Assembly: GCA_963826525.1 (NCBI GenBank) | Contig: CAWGXH010000011.1 | Coordinates: 1-31,531 of the forward strand | Direction of reading: 5' to 3' | DNA from: an uncultured Methanomicrobiaceae archaeon | GTDB lineage: Archaea; Halobacteriota; Methanomicrobia; Methanomicrobiales; Methanoculleaceae | DNA: 31,531 nt | Shown: one piece after another, positions 19,981 to 31,081 of the stretch | Position numbering within the stretch: the first letter of the stretch is position 1 | Layout: every line of letters starts with the position of its first letter | The notes under the pieces: generated by a model | Databases searched by the model: none | The model's input: only the letters and a program-made list of their open reading frames with translations | What the model was told of the DNA's origin: nothing | Translations under genes and position numbers: made by a program

Positions 19981-21267
19981 TCAGGCCGTTACCGGCCGAA
20001 CAACCCGTCCCATGAAGAGAATGTTCCCGGTGTCGTTGTCGAGGATCAGGAAGACGAACGGATGGTCTGCCCTGAAGACAGGGGTCGTTTCCACATCATT
20101 TGGAGCAGCGGTCGCGTTCATACCGATCGCGGTCGCCGCCGCGGCCTCGGTGCCTTCCTCGTTCACGTCGACAAACGCCTTATGAATGACATCGCTGATG
20201 AATAGCCCCCCTGTGCCGTCCATCCCTGAGAAGTTCGCCGTATCGGTGAATGCCGTCGGCATCCCCATCGCCGCGAGTGCCCTTGGGAGCCTGTACTCCG
20301 TTTCGAGCGTGAACTTCGGGAAGTCCACATCGACCCGCTGCGAGACCAATGACTGCTGCAGCTCTGATGACTTCTCTGCGTCGAGGGTTATCTCGGCTGC
20401 CGTCAGGTTCTCGTCCTTCGGGAGCAGAACCAGCATCGAGAGTTGCCGCCCGCTCTCGTGCGCATACGGCATCGCAAGCACCTGGAGCGTATCCGTCTCT
20501 GCATATGGGTAATCGCCGGATCGTTGCATCATCGGGACGGTGACGTTTTCACTCTGCGAAACACGGAAATCTGCGTCTTCCGTCCGTGTTGCGTCAAACG
20601 GATCAGCCCATGTCCCTTTAAAGTAGATCGCGTTCGTGATGACGAGCAGGGTCAGCGGGCTGACTGAGCCGGGCGGCAGCAGATCCTGGATCTTCCCCTC
20701 GGTCTGCTCATCGACCCATTGGTTGATCGTCCGGCGTGACTCCTCGGGGGCGCCGGCGAAGTCGAGGTTCGTCGCATTCGCGGAATAGTAGCGCTCCGCC
20801 GTCGTGATGTACTCCGGCAGGAATTGGTATGTCTCCTCCGCCCAGAGCGCATTCGCCGTCCGCAGGGTGTCGTTGGCATCGCCGCTGTTCAGCCCAGCAT
20901 TGATCCCGGCAAACCCTTCCCGCCGGAGGGTATCGCTCTCCGGGAGGCGCAACACCGACCGGATCTCATCGGCGGTCGTGCCGCGGGCGCCCTCGTAGGT
21001 GATCGCGAGGGCCGACGAGATGCTGTACGGCGAGAAGAAGAGGTTCTCCGATGCCGATTCGTTGGCAAGCTGCTGATAGAGGTCACAGGCAAACCGGTTA
21101 TTTCCCAGAACGACGCTGCTGGTGCTATCCACCACCGAATCGTTCTCCTGTCCGGCAGAAATATTGCCCGAATTTGATGATATCTGTGCCGAAGCGAGTC
21201 CCGTCGCACAAATAACAACGATGACGAGAATAGCGGCGGTCATTACCCTGAAAGGTATAATTCTCAT
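19981..21267 (-). CDS. Secreted serpin (serine protease inhibitor)
   Basis: Signal peptide; FFSPYSISSAL, NAIYFKGTW, hinge EEGTEAAAAT, FRADHPFVFLI, ILFMGRV. Confidence 0.96.
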   Translation of the reverse strand: MRIIPFRVMTAAILVIVVICATGLASAQISSNSGNISAGQENDSVVDSTSSVVLGNNRFACDLYQQLANESASENLFFSPYSISSALAITYEGARGTTADEIRSVLRLPESDTLRREGFAGINAGLNSGDANDTLRTANALWAEETYQFLPEYITTAERYYSANATNLDFAGAPEESRRTINQWVDEQTEGKIQDLLPPGSVSPLTLLVITNAIYFKGTWADPFDATRTEDADFRVSQSENVTVPMMQRSGDYPYAETDTLQVLAMPYAHESGRQLSMLVLLPKDENLTAAEITLDAEKSSELQQSLVSQRVDVDFPKFTLETEYRLPRALAAMGMPTAFTDTANFSGMDGTGGLFISDVIHKAFVDVNEEGTEAAAATAIGMNATAAPNDVETTPVFRADHPFVFLILDNDTGNILFMGRVVRPVTA

Positions 21268-21822
21268 ACTATTCACCTTCCCCGACTGGTGCCCGTTCTC
21301 CATCCTTTTCAGGAGGGAGAGCCCTGTGCATGCGATCACGATCCCGCGTGCCTAGATCCTGTGCAGAGAGGTGACCGGTGGTATCGCCATTTCCTGAGCG
21401 TCTCTGCTGTGCCGGATGTGTATATATCCCGCTAACCGTTCCCAAAAGGGAAGCGCTACCTACAGGTGATGGCGGGTGGAAATATCCACAGGATCACTGA
21501 TCCCACGCCGCGGCAGGATAGAGGAGAGAGTATATATAGGTACCTGCGGCGGCAGATTTTGTGGAATTCCGGACAGGGGAACGAACGATGCAGAATGGAT
21601 CACGATGAATTGACCACAGTGCGCTATGAAGAGTTATCTGCAGGGAAGCACCATTCTGGTGTAACTTCCCCCTCTCTTTCGAGTTCGTCTCAATGTTTGC
21701 GATGGGAGGGGGGCAGGACCCCTCCTTATCGCGTGTAAGAATTTGTGAACTGATGCTCTCTGCGTGGCCTGTACCCGGAAGGAGCCGTACTCCCGCTCTT
21801 GCTCCGGCTTTGACGTGTAGTT

Positions 21823-22435
21823 CTATTGCATGGATCGTAGTGTCCACGAGTGTACCTGACCTTGAATAGCCACAGTATAGGCAAGAACTGCTCCAGTAGT
21901 AGTGTCACAAATGAGGCTACATTCGGTGCCTTGTTCCGGATTTTTCGCACGCATTACAAACGAGTCTTGTGTCCCGATCTGGGGGGGTCCGAACCATGCT
22001 GGTGCTGGGTCCTACAACTGTCCACATTGCCCCCATTCCACCGTTTGTGTTTGCAGGGTTCTGAAGATCGACATATAACGGAGGGCCTTCCCAGTTAGGG
22101 TCTTGCCCCTGAATATACTCCCACTCAGTGACAGCCCCATCTGGATTAGCTGTAGTCCTCATCTGTGTGGTTCCGATCCAGCCGTCCTGTGACTGTTCCT
22201 GTACCTCAGTAACCCATTCGCCCCTTACGAAGTCGCCTCCTCGAGCAATTTGATTGATGTCTGTGAGATAGTAATCATAAACTAGGACTAGCCCTGGATA
22301 CGGAAACGATCCTCCAGTACCCTGCGCAGGCTGCATAGATGACTGTGTAGCTGGCATATATTGGGCACTTACTCCGCCTACAGCAAAGGCAAGAGTAAAA
22401 GTCATTATTGTCAATTTCAACCACAGATTTTTCAT
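21823..22435 (-). CDS. Secreted hypothetical protein; frameshift near the G7 run at about 21985
   Basis: Signal peptide ending VSA. Continues in another frame as FVMRAKNPEQGTECSLICDTTTGAVLAY...RSMQ*. Confidence 0.65.
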
Positions 22436-22874
22436 TTCGCATGCCTCCTAAAACTTAACGGCCTTTTGTAGATTTGCCCTATATTCAAGCCCATTTTGGG
22501 CATCAGGGGGCTTATTATTGTTATTTTATTTAAGAAATGCTCCCGCCTGTATCGCTTATGATATTTATAACTACCTCGCTTTTAAAATGAGATTCACCCT
22601 CATTCATAAAATTGCAGGGCTGGCCGGTTCTTGGAGGCCGGTTATGTTTCCTTCCCCCAATGTTGTGGACAGTCAAGTAGAGGAACTCCTTCCTGCAGAT
22701 ACCGGCTCACACTCTGCCTTCTCGCAGACACGAGGTGCCGCTCGAAGAATGGCACTACCACCCTTACGGTCGGTCACATGTTGGAGTTGAGCCTCCGGGT
22801 TAATATCTCCCGGATAATGTCCCATCCTCTATCTATCATGACCCTAGAGGCTTCGCCGAGGCCGCAGTTACAGA

Positions 22875-23165
22875 TCAGCATTGATCTATGATCTTCTCTG
22901 TCACAAGCAGAACCTGATCGTCTGTAATCACCCTGGAGGGAGCGGCGCCTGCGCGTAGAGCCTGCAGTATCTCCATCTTCTCCTGAAGTTCCAGGAACGA
23001 GTGATATTGTTCTTTAACCGTCCTGTCGTGCTGCTCTTCAGCCTCCGAGAGTTCACCCTGCAGGTTTTCGATGAGGGTGTGATACCGGAGTATCTTAGCA
23101 GAGTAATCACGGTCCAGCTTGCGGAGGTGCTCAATATCTCGCTCCAGCCTCTGTAACTTTGGCAT
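22875..23165 (-). CDS. Coiled-coil hypothetical protein (96 aa)
   Basis: Intact ORF with heptad pattern. Confidence 0.6.
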   Translation of the reverse strand: MPKLQRLERDIEHLRKLDRDYSAKILRYHTLIENLQGELSEAEEQHDRTVKEQYHSFLELQEKMEILQALRAGAAPSRVITDDQVLLVTEKIIDQC

Positions 23166-23188
23166 TGCTCAATGCCAGCCGCTCAAAA

Positions 23189-24093
23189 TTATGTAAAACG
23201 GGCTCTGTTGAATCCCTCAACAATCAAAACAACTACAACTGATTGCGGTGCCTTGGTGAGGTTATGGAGAATGAGTTTGATCTTGATCTCCTTGACCTGA
23301 TACCGGTACTTCCGTGCCTTCAGATCCCCGCCGAATCTTCTTTTGAGGACTGAAAACGCGGTTTCGACTTTGTTTCGTTCCCGGTAGCGATCTACATCGA
23401 AGGCGGCGAACATCTCCTGCCGGTACTTTCCTGACTGGATCTTCCCCTGCCACGTTCTGACTGGTATCACCGAATCCGCCCCGATCTCTTCCCGGATCCG
23501 GCGGTGAAGGTCTTCGGAATCATAGCCCTTATCCATGACGTAGCACCCGGTTCTTCGGGTCTGTCTGATCAGTGACTTTCGCATGGATGATGTCATGTAC
23601 CGGCTGTTGTGAGATCTTTCCGACCAGGATCACCTGTTTGTGGGTATCCACGGCAATCGAGGTCTTCAGGAAGGTCTTGCGCATCTTTCCCGTCCGCCAC
23701 GAGTAGTACTGACTGGCGTACGAGCTGGTGAATCCCGAGGAATCGATGGCGGTAATCAGAATACTTTCACCCTTGGAATAAAACAGGGTAAGGGTTTGTT
23801 TCAGGATCCTCGTGAAAAGAAGGGAGGACATGCGTGCCATGAACTTGTGGAGCGTGGAGTAGTGAGGAACCTGATCCAGCTGAAGCAGTGCTTTGATCCT
23901 GATCCATCAGGTCGAGGAGGGCAACGGTATCACGGTAGTCCGTCCCAAGAGCCTCCCGAAAGAGAAGGATCGCCATCAGTTGATGCTGCGTATACGTTCT
24001 CCGGGAGTATTTGCAGGAATAGAGGGGAATTCGGGAAGAACGCACTGCCTGAAGACACGCTTCGATAAGGTTGATATATCTGTTCGTCGACAC
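23189..24093 (-). CDS. IS5-family DDE transposase (two frameshifts)
   Basis: [37 protein letters not shown]. Confidence 0.9.
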
Positions 24094-24200
24094 TATCTCT
24101 GCTCCTTGTGCTTGATTTGGTCATTAACACAAGGAGCAACGATTTTATAGATCTTTCCCCTCCGGACAGGAACGGCCTACCCTAGGGTTTCAACAGAGCC
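23201..24200 (-). mobile_element. IS5-family insertion sequence, 1000 bp, 17-bp TIRs
   Basis: GGCTCTGTTGAATCCCT (23201-23217) versus the reverse complement of 24184-24200, GGCTCTGTTGAAACCCT. Confidence 0.9.
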
Positions 24201-24418
24201 AAAATAATATTATACTTGGTATCAATAAGCGACTCAAAACTTGCTATGAAGAATGAAAGAATTACGCCTTCAATTCCGAATAAGAATACATTCCGTTTCC
24301 AGAATTGATCAATCTCCAGATTCCTGACACTTATTGCGTTATCGTATATATTTTCAATACGCACCATAAGGTAGAGAATTATTTTTGAGCGCATAAGTTT
24401 TGCTAATTTGCCCTGCAA
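24201..24418 (-). pseudogene. AT-rich membrane protein gene truncated by the IS
   Basis: YDNAISVRNLEIDQFWKRNVFLF plus a TM segment; the frame runs into the TIR. Confidence 0.55.
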
Positions 24419-24549
24419 GGGTCCAATATCTATCCAAATCTCATTTTAGAAAATTATGGAGGAGGGATCCTGTATCAGGCAGATTTACCGGGGTTTAGAT
24501 TTTCAAGAATGCTGTGAAGCCGGAGCCCGGAAATTCTAAATTTGATCAT

Positions 24550-25101
24550 CTAAGGGATGCGCCAGCACCCCGCCGGGTACCACGTCGGGCCGGTGAGGCA
24601 GAACTGCCCGATGGCTACCGCGACCGCCGGGAGACCGAGCCCCGGGACGAGAGCGGAGAGCCAGAGCTTCCGGGTGATGGTTATCTGCCGGTCTGCCACG
24701 ATGGAGGATTGCGGCGGGGAGGGGAAAAAGGGTTGTGGAACGAGATTACTCCTTATTTTCTTACCTTTAGGAAGAGTCTCTAGCTTTTCTTCTATTCTTT
24801 CAAGTGCGTCGAGAATCTTCTTTTGCGTAGATTCATTGCGGTTATTCATGATTTTCGTTCCACCCCAAATTGTAATAGAAAGGCCTACAGAGTAGTTAAA
24901 TGCAGAGTTTGCAAATAATTCGGGGTTCTTTAGGCCGCTCCATCCAGTTAGTAGAAGCAAAAGCCCCAAAATCACTGCAACTGAATCGAATAAATTTGAT
25001 TTCAATCCAAAGTAGAAGCTCCTAATGCCTGCTTTGATTTTACTGAACGCTAAAGGTAGGTATTCAGCAGCATTTATTTGATTTTGAGATTGTGACTCCA
25101 T
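24550..25101 (-). CDS. Hypothetical 2-TM membrane protein (3' end uncertain)
   Basis: GGAG RBS, two TM helices and a coiled coil in AT-rich DNA. An abrupt GC shift at about 24730 suggests read-through into unrelated DNA. Confidence 0.55.
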   Translation of the reverse strand: MESQSQNQINAAEYLPLAFSKIKAGIRSFYFGLKSNLFDSVAVILGLLLLLTGWSGLKNPELFANSAFNYSVGLSITIWGGTKIMNNRNESTQKKILDALERIEEKLETLPKGKKIRSNLVPQPFFPSPPQSSIVADRQITITRKLWLSALVPGLGLPAVAVAIGQFCLTGPTWYPAGCWRIP

Positions 25102-25206
25102 TGTAACTCCCCACCCGTTAAAATATCATATCGAGGAATGCTCTTCAGACAATCAAAACCATTTCTAAACGAAATTTTATCGCATTCGAGTCAAAACCGT
25201 ATTCTC

Positions 25207-25599
25207 ATGTCCGCCCTTTCCCGCAGCCGCCTCCTCTCCATCATCGCCTGCTGCATGATGATCGGGCTGCTCGTCATCTCCCTGGCGTACGTGCTCAGCC
25301 CCTGGGAGGCGAACCTGAACGTATCCTTCGAGCCGCCGGGGTACATCGGGGAGGACGGCCGGTATGTCGGCGTGACGATCTTCACCCTGACCAACGAGGA
25401 CACGACCCCGATTCGGGGGATCGGGTGCCGGTATCGCTACCTCGACCGGGAGAGCGGCCGGGTCGTGAAGAGCGAGGTTATCAAGGTAGGGGATCTCGAG
25501 CCGGGGCAGGCGAAGCACTGCGCTGTGTCGTGCCTGATTGAAGACGGAAGGCGGTATGAGATAGGGGTGGATCTGCGGTATTGGTGGCCGATTAATTGA
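25207..25599 (+). CDS. Membrane-anchored small beta-sandwich (CARDB/FxLYD-like) protein
   Basis: N-terminal TM; FTLTN and VGDLEPGQ motifs. Confidence 0.65.
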   Translation: MSALSRSRLLSIIACCMMIGLLVISLAYVLSPWEANLNVSFEPPGYIGEDGRYVGVTIFTLTNEDTTPIRGIGCRYRYLDRESGRVVKSEVIKVGDLEPGQAKHCAVSCLIEDGRRYEIGVDLRYWWPIN

Positions 25600-26210
25600 G
25601 GATGAGGATAGTCTCTCCCACGAATTACAGTGAGCCGTTCCACGGCCTGATGCGGCAGGCCGAGTGGCATATGGACACCAAATGGGAACCATTTTTACGA
25701 CGGGCGTCCCATAGTCCTGTGAACCTGTTATAATGGTTCAAAGTTAAGGAAGAATTAGATACGAGCATGAGGGCGTGTGTGGGGTATGGTGGGACATACC
25801 CTGCACCTCATGGAGTAGTATTACTACAATTTACTACTATTCTACGTCCTCCTCTATAAGTTCTTCCAAAAAGAAGAGTGGTTGAACAAAACTTAGTCGG
25901 AGGTGTAGTTCATAGCGGATAGTCTCAGCACTTTCCACCAGGGAATCATTCTAGTTGCTTTGGGGTCACTACTCCTATCAGTTGGAGTGATTCCCCTTGC
26001 AGGTGAAATCTTCACAACGTTGGGGATTCTCACCCTTGTGGGGAAGTAATCGCTGCTCTCGTAACAGGGAGAGGGATGTTGAGATCCAAAAGGTGTTTTG
26101 CCATCCCTTCCTCCATTATCCCTCGTAGAACCTTTTGCTATTACTGTTTCTGGTAATCTGGTGGACGAAAAAGAATCGTGCCCAGTTTGACGGTTGCAGA
26201 CTGCTATCCC

Positions 26211-26771
26211 TTATTTAGCATCGAATTTATCGAGGGTTGGGTTGATCTGCGCTTCCGCCTCCATCGTTGCCCGATGGAAATCTCTGTACAACGCAACAGT
26301 GCTCTTTTTATTTTTGCTATTTGCTAGCTGAAAGCCATACTTCGTATAGAAACCCACAGACTGCCTCTTCGAATCTACAGTGATGAGACGGCAACCAACA
26401 TGCTGCGAGAGGCGGATTGCAATAATTGCAGTCTTCAGTAGCATACTTCTTCCGATGTCTCGCCTTTCATATTCCTTGTTGGTGGCAAGGCGGGCTATCT
26501 TCAGTGCAGGATAATGAGGATACGGATAGTCTTCTTCACCGTCACCGGAGTTTAATTCCTTTCGCAGAATGCAATCGTTTACCAAAGTGAAGTAGCCTAC
26601 GACATTGCCCTGCCACATTGCCACTCGTGTTACAGACAGCCGTGATTTCTGGTTATCAAGGGCATCATCCAGAAGGAATTCATCAAGATCCTGGTCGTCG
26701 CAGTGAAATGAAGATAAATCGATAGAATCTGTTAAAAGTCGAAATTCTAAATCAGAAAAAGGGATTTTCAT
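26211..26771 (-). CDS. GNAT acetyltransferase, AtaT/TacT toxin-like
   Basis: SFHC...LDEFL, GYFTL, PALKIARLA, ITVDSK..SVGFY.KYGF. Confidence 0.88.
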   Translation of the reverse strand: MKIPFSDLEFRLLTDSIDLSSFHCDDQDLDEFLLDDALDNQKSRLSVTRVAMWQGNVVGYFTLVNDCILRKELNSGDGEEDYPYPHYPALKIARLATNKEYERRDIGRSMLLKTAIIAIRLSQHVGCRLITVDSKRQSVGFYTKYGFQLANSKNKKSTVALYRDFHRATMEAEAQINPTLDKFDAK

Positions 26772-26773
26772 TC

Positions 26774-26920
26774 TTATAAGCGTGCATTCTTCGCTAGAAT
26801 GGCGGCTTCACGCATTAATTCTCTTCCATCCGGGGTATCGACGGGATGCTCAATGTATCGCTGGAACCGAACAGCATCATCGCCTTCTAGTACCAACCCC
26901 AATTCAATCGGTTTTGCCAT
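26774..26920 (-). CDS. 48-aa putative antitoxin (not in the ORF track)
   Basis: GGAG RBS; MAKPIELGLVLEGDDAVRFQRYIEHPVDTPDGRELMREAAILAKNARL*; stop 2 nt before the GNAT ATG. Confidence 0.7.
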   Translation of the reverse strand: MAKPIELGLVLEGDDAVRFQRYIEHPVDTPDGRELMREAAILAKNARL

Positions 26921-27151
26921 ACTCCTGCACTCCCCTCACTCTGTTCCCCAAAAAGACCTGCCCGTTGTAGACAGATTGGTATACTAACATATGATACTGC
27001 AGACTATATATAATCTTAACCAAACAAATTTCAATTTAAATACTTTAAATGCCCGGAGCCTTTCAAACTCCAGGTCTCTTTCACTTGAAGTATACTGAGA
27101 AGTATATACGAATTAAGGTTGCTGGGAGCCCCCAATCCAATGGGAACTATC

Positions 27152-27379
27152 TTATGTCACGCCTTGACGGCAGCCGGCGGCACGGTTGCAGGTTGTTCGA
27201 CCTGGATGTTCATGCCGCGTAAGTTGATTTTCGAGGGCGATATTCACCGTATTGTGCCGGTCGAGGCCGCGGAACTCCATGGCAATCAGGAGTTCCTTCT
27301 CGATCTGGATCGGTGCGGTAGCCCGGTTCTTCTTTTCCAGGCGGAGAATCCGCCGCATTACCATGCTGTGTACCGACAT
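27152..27379 (-). CDS. Small hypothetical protein
   Basis: GGAGAG upstream; protein-like N-terminal two-thirds. Confidence 0.35.
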   Translation of the reverse strand: MSVHSMVMRRILRLEKKNRATAPIQIEKELLIAMEFRGLDRHNTVNIALENQLTRHEHPGRTTCNRAAGCRQGVT

Positions 27380-27751
27380 TCGCCCTCTCTCCTACCACTC
27401 TATTTCTGTGCAGGGCGCTTAAACCTAGCGCGGCGATTCGCTTAATTTGCGGCTCTTTTTCCGGCGACGGGTGCCGGGCTTGGGCGGTTCTTCCACGATG
27501 AGTCGCCGGGCGCCTCTATTGTTCGCCAGGGTCAGGCCTCCTTGAAGATTGCAGAGACTCCGCTTTCGTCCGGTCATCGAGGAGGCCGAGGAGGTCGCTT
27601 GAGAGGGTGGGGACGGCTCCATCGGTCACCTCGCCTTCTTCCTATTTTGATACCCAGGCGAAGGTAGGGAGCTGTGGCAGCAGCGCACCGGTGCAAATAA
27701 CAACACTCATCCTCCGGAAACCCGCAGTCTCTCACCAGGAGAGATTACCAG

Positions 27752-28054
27752 ATGTCCCGCACCGTTCTGTACCGCACTATCCCGGGTGCTCAGCTGGACG
27801 ACTTCATCCGGCAATTCCGGCACGCCACCGAGCAGGTCTTGGGCAAGGGGGTCACGTCGTACTTCTACTTCGTCGACGCCGACCGCTTGGTGGAGGCCAG
27901 AGTGGACGGACAAAGGGTTCTCGACGCGATCCGGGACGCAGTAGAGGGAATCGAACAGCAGCGGTTTTGGATGTCGGCGTGTGAGGAGTACGGGGGGAGC
28001 GTGTGCCGGCTGGTGCCGTGGAGAGTGACGCCTACCCCGGGGGTGCAGGAGTAA
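27752..28054 (+). CDS. Hypothetical protein (100 aa)
   Basis: GGAG RBS, GC3 bias, intact ORF. Confidence 0.65.
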   Translation: MSRTVLYRTIPGAQLDDFIRQFRHATEQVLGKGVTSYFYFVDADRLVEARVDGQRVLDAIRDAVEGIEQQRFWMSACEEYGGSVCRLVPWRVTPTPGVQE

Positions 28055-28118
28055 TCTACGATTTCAAGGCCACCCTCAATGGCATGAAAACTGTATCATA
28101 ACTGCACACAGATGTGGT

Positions 28119-28155
28119 ACACAAATTGTGTTGTGTGTCACCGGTGATACACAAC
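28119..28155. promoter_or_regulatory. Overlapping palindromes, operator-like
   Basis: ACACAAATTGTGT (28119-28131) and GTTGTGTGTCACC|GGTGATACACAAC (28130-28155, 1 mismatch). Confidence 0.5.
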
Positions 28156-28288
28156 CAATCTGGCCTCATTCACGGAGGTCTTCCATGGTGAGTGCTATGT
28201 CCAGCGCAGGAGGGGAGCGGGAGGGGAACGTCGTGATGGCCACAACTCGACCCATGTCCCTCTTTGGCAGATAAAATGCCTATCTGAC

Positions 28289-29470
28289 TTATACTCTACC
28301 TATCTCACGATCTCCGCTTTTCCCTGCGGGAGGCTGATCCTCCACTATCTCGTCTCGCACCCACGTCATGATCTCGCAGAATGTATGCAGGCAGTTCGCA
28401 TCGGTAAGGGGAGCGAGAGGCCGGCTGGACCAGGTATCAGTCTTTTCGGGGTCAAATGAAAAACCACATTCGCTGTTCAGTCTTCCAAGCAGTGCTCGCG
28501 CTTCTCTCTTTGGTCGAATGGAGGGAAGTGTAGCAGGACGTCAAAACAAGGAGTAACATCTCCTATGCCTCCCAATACTATAACACGGCAGAATCTCCCA
28601 TCCGGTGTATCAAACCCAAGATTTATCGTCCCCAGATTCGCACCCCTTCCATATTGCACCGACAAGCCGTTCGAATCGGCCACGTTGAGAATTGTATCCA
28701 CAGCCTGTGCCGATGCATCTCCTGCCTTCTCCGTCACCTGCCCAAGGAACGACTCCCGATCCCACTGACGCGGCTTTCCTGAGCGGACACGCTTTGTGTC
28801 GACCGCTCGCATGGTCTGCCCGACAACTCGGGGGACGAGAACCTTCATCCTCTGACCTGCGGTACTGCTTCACCTCGACCCCAAGCACCTCCGCCGGGTT
28901 CATCTGCTCGTTGAGGAACTCAATGATCCGTTTCAGTTCGGGAGGAATGGTATCAGCGACAAAAAGAAGGCGTATCTTCCCCCGTCTGAGGTTTGCCAGC
29001 ACTGTTTCCCAATACTCGTCCGGGGTGATCGACGCAGGGAGGAATGCTGCAAGTGTTCCGTCCGGATCAGACCCCCTCTCTGCACAGGTGTGGATGAAGG
29101 TTGTGACAATGTCCTCGATGTTCCAATATTGAACCGAATTTGCCGCGTAATCCAGCATCTGGGCAACAACCTCACGACGAATCCGGGAGTCGGTGCTCCG
29201 CTTCACTTCGACGAGCGTCGGAACCCCGTCCTGGTCGACAAAAAGGTGATCAAGTGCCCACCGGCCGGCACTACTCTCACTGTCGGGAACGGTCATCTCG
29301 CGTCTGATCAGCAGCAGTCTCTTGGGCTCGGCCGGGTCGATCTGATCACCGGCGAGGAGTGCGGGATAGTCTTCAAGGAGTTGCTGGAGGAGTGCTTCAG
29401 AGTCGTATGCGGTTTCGACCATCTCCAACAACTCATCGTCGTCCTTGAGAAGGAATATCTTGTCACTCAT
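28289..29470 (-). CDS. NucS-like PD-(D/E)XK endonuclease with C-terminal domain; frameshifts at about 28850 and 28500
   Basis: E..LQ.LL, LDHLFVDQDGVPTLVEVKRS, VVAQMLDYAA. Confidence 0.8.
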
Positions 29471-29722
29471 ACGTTAGAACTCAGTAACACCAGTATATAA
29501 ACAGAAACAGCTGGAACGTGCCGTTTGGTGGGAATGCCCCGGTTACGATCGCCGGAACGGCAAAACTGCTGACGAGGAGTTTCCCGCTGCCATCTATGAA
29601 GTTCAGGCAGGGTGGGCTGCCGAGTTCAGATGCTGGATTGTGGAAACCATCTCATTTGGATTTTTACTGACTGGCGGCAGCCCCGGGGTTGGTGAACGCC
29701 GAGGGAAAAGAGGAGGCGAGGA

Positions 29723-30645
29723 TCAATTCGCCTCGTAGCTCTGCAGGATCAGCGGTTTCGCCCTTTCAAGATCAGCGTCGGAGCGAATCAGTATCTCAAG
29801 TTCTCCAGTGCCGTAGTGGCCGATGTTTCTCACGTCCCGCGTGAACCCGGGCTCAATCTCGACTGTATCCGGGTCGATCTTCACCCAAATAACAATTTCT
29901 TTCTTCTGAACGCCTATAGTCACGCAGGCGAAATTCTTGATCCGTTTGAACGCCACGTAGTATTTCAGAACCTTCGTCTGCACATCATCCCCAAGTGCTT
30001 CGATAAATGCCTTCAACGATTCATATCGATCCTGGAGCGTCACGTCAGCACGCTCTAGATCTTCTGAAAATGTCCGGTTATGGGTGGGTTTGGGATCTGT
30101 GCCACCCCCATTGCCGGAGCGGAGTGCCGGTGTTCTGGGCTGTGGTCGCATTAACCAGATCCAGCAGCAGAAGATTGTCTTCGAACTGCCGGTAGCGGAT
30201 CAGTTCGATATTGCGGTTTATCTGCTGGACTGCGTGAATATCATACTTCGTGAAGTTCCCAGCGATGCAGAGAAGTCTTGGGTTGCCCCAATCTATCCTC
30301 TCTTCGTATTCCCCTCCTAGTCTTCTTGAGAACTTTGAGTTCAAATTCGGCTTTGTGATCGAGGAGCCAATCGAGGTAGTAGAGCCCTTGATTTATTACG
30401 TTTTCATTCAGTGCTCGCTTATACTCAATTATAACTGGAAAACCGTTTTCATCAATCCCTAACGTGTCAATACGCCCACCATGCGTCTTCCCGGTCGAAT
30501 ACTCACTTCCAAGGAAAGTGATACCGAGGAGGGGCTCCAGGTTCTTCTCAATGTACGTTTGCAGTGATTTTTCCAGGGCAATCGATGAGCCTTTAAGCTC
30601 CTGTGCCTTCTGGCCGCCCATGTGGAAGATGCGGATGTCACCCAT
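29723..30645 (-). CDS. NucS/DUF91-like endonuclease fused to DUF5655; two frameshifts
   Basis: EKSLQ, GRIDTLGID...IIEYKR...INQGLYYLDWL; C-terminal KYYVAFK..KNF, RDVRNIGHYGTGE. Confidence 0.85.
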
Positions 30646-30649
30646 AGGT

Positions 30650-31078
30650 TCACGCCCGTACGTATTTCCCGCCGACCGGAACAAATCGCTCCGGCTTTAT
30701 TGGACGTTCATACCGTCTGATATTCTCGAGATCGAGCGCAATCCAGGGTCGCTTCTTCGCTTCTCCCTTCCGGACACGGAATCCTTGCCATTTCTTCTGC
30801 TCGCTCAGGTAGGCCTTCACTTCGTCTCGGGTGAGGAAGACGGCATCGCCGTAGGTATCGAAGAATGCGAGCGGGTCGTCGGCGATGATGATCCGCCTGA
30901 TGGTAGCCTCGCCGACATAGCCGGTATCCTCGTGCGACTGGTAGAAGACGAGTTTCATGCCCTCGCGGAGGTCTTTGTAGACGGTAGCAGGTTTGATGAA
31001 GACGGTCTTTCCCTCGTCGAAGAACCGGGACATATACTTTTTCGGAACCGGGAACGTGACCCCGACGATCTCGGACAA
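30650..31078 (-). CDS. DUF365 protein (PUA/ASCH/EVE-like fold)
   Basis: GVTFPVP...RFF.EGKTVFIKPAT, GMKLVFYQS, GYVGEATI, VPVGGKY. Confidence 0.85.
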   Translation of the reverse strand: MSEIVGVTFPVPKKYMSRFFDEGKTVFIKPATVYKDLREGMKLVFYQSHEDTGYVGEATIRRIIIADDPLAFFDTYGDAVFLTRDEVKAYLSEQKKWQGFRVRKGEAKKRPWIALDLENIRRYERPIKPERFVPVGGKYVRA

Positions 31079-31081
31079 CGG

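Noticed and set aside
25900-26049. Small hydrophobic peptide after a GGAGGTG RBS
   Set aside because: It lacks a valid start codon (ATA) and needs a frameshift; too weak to call.
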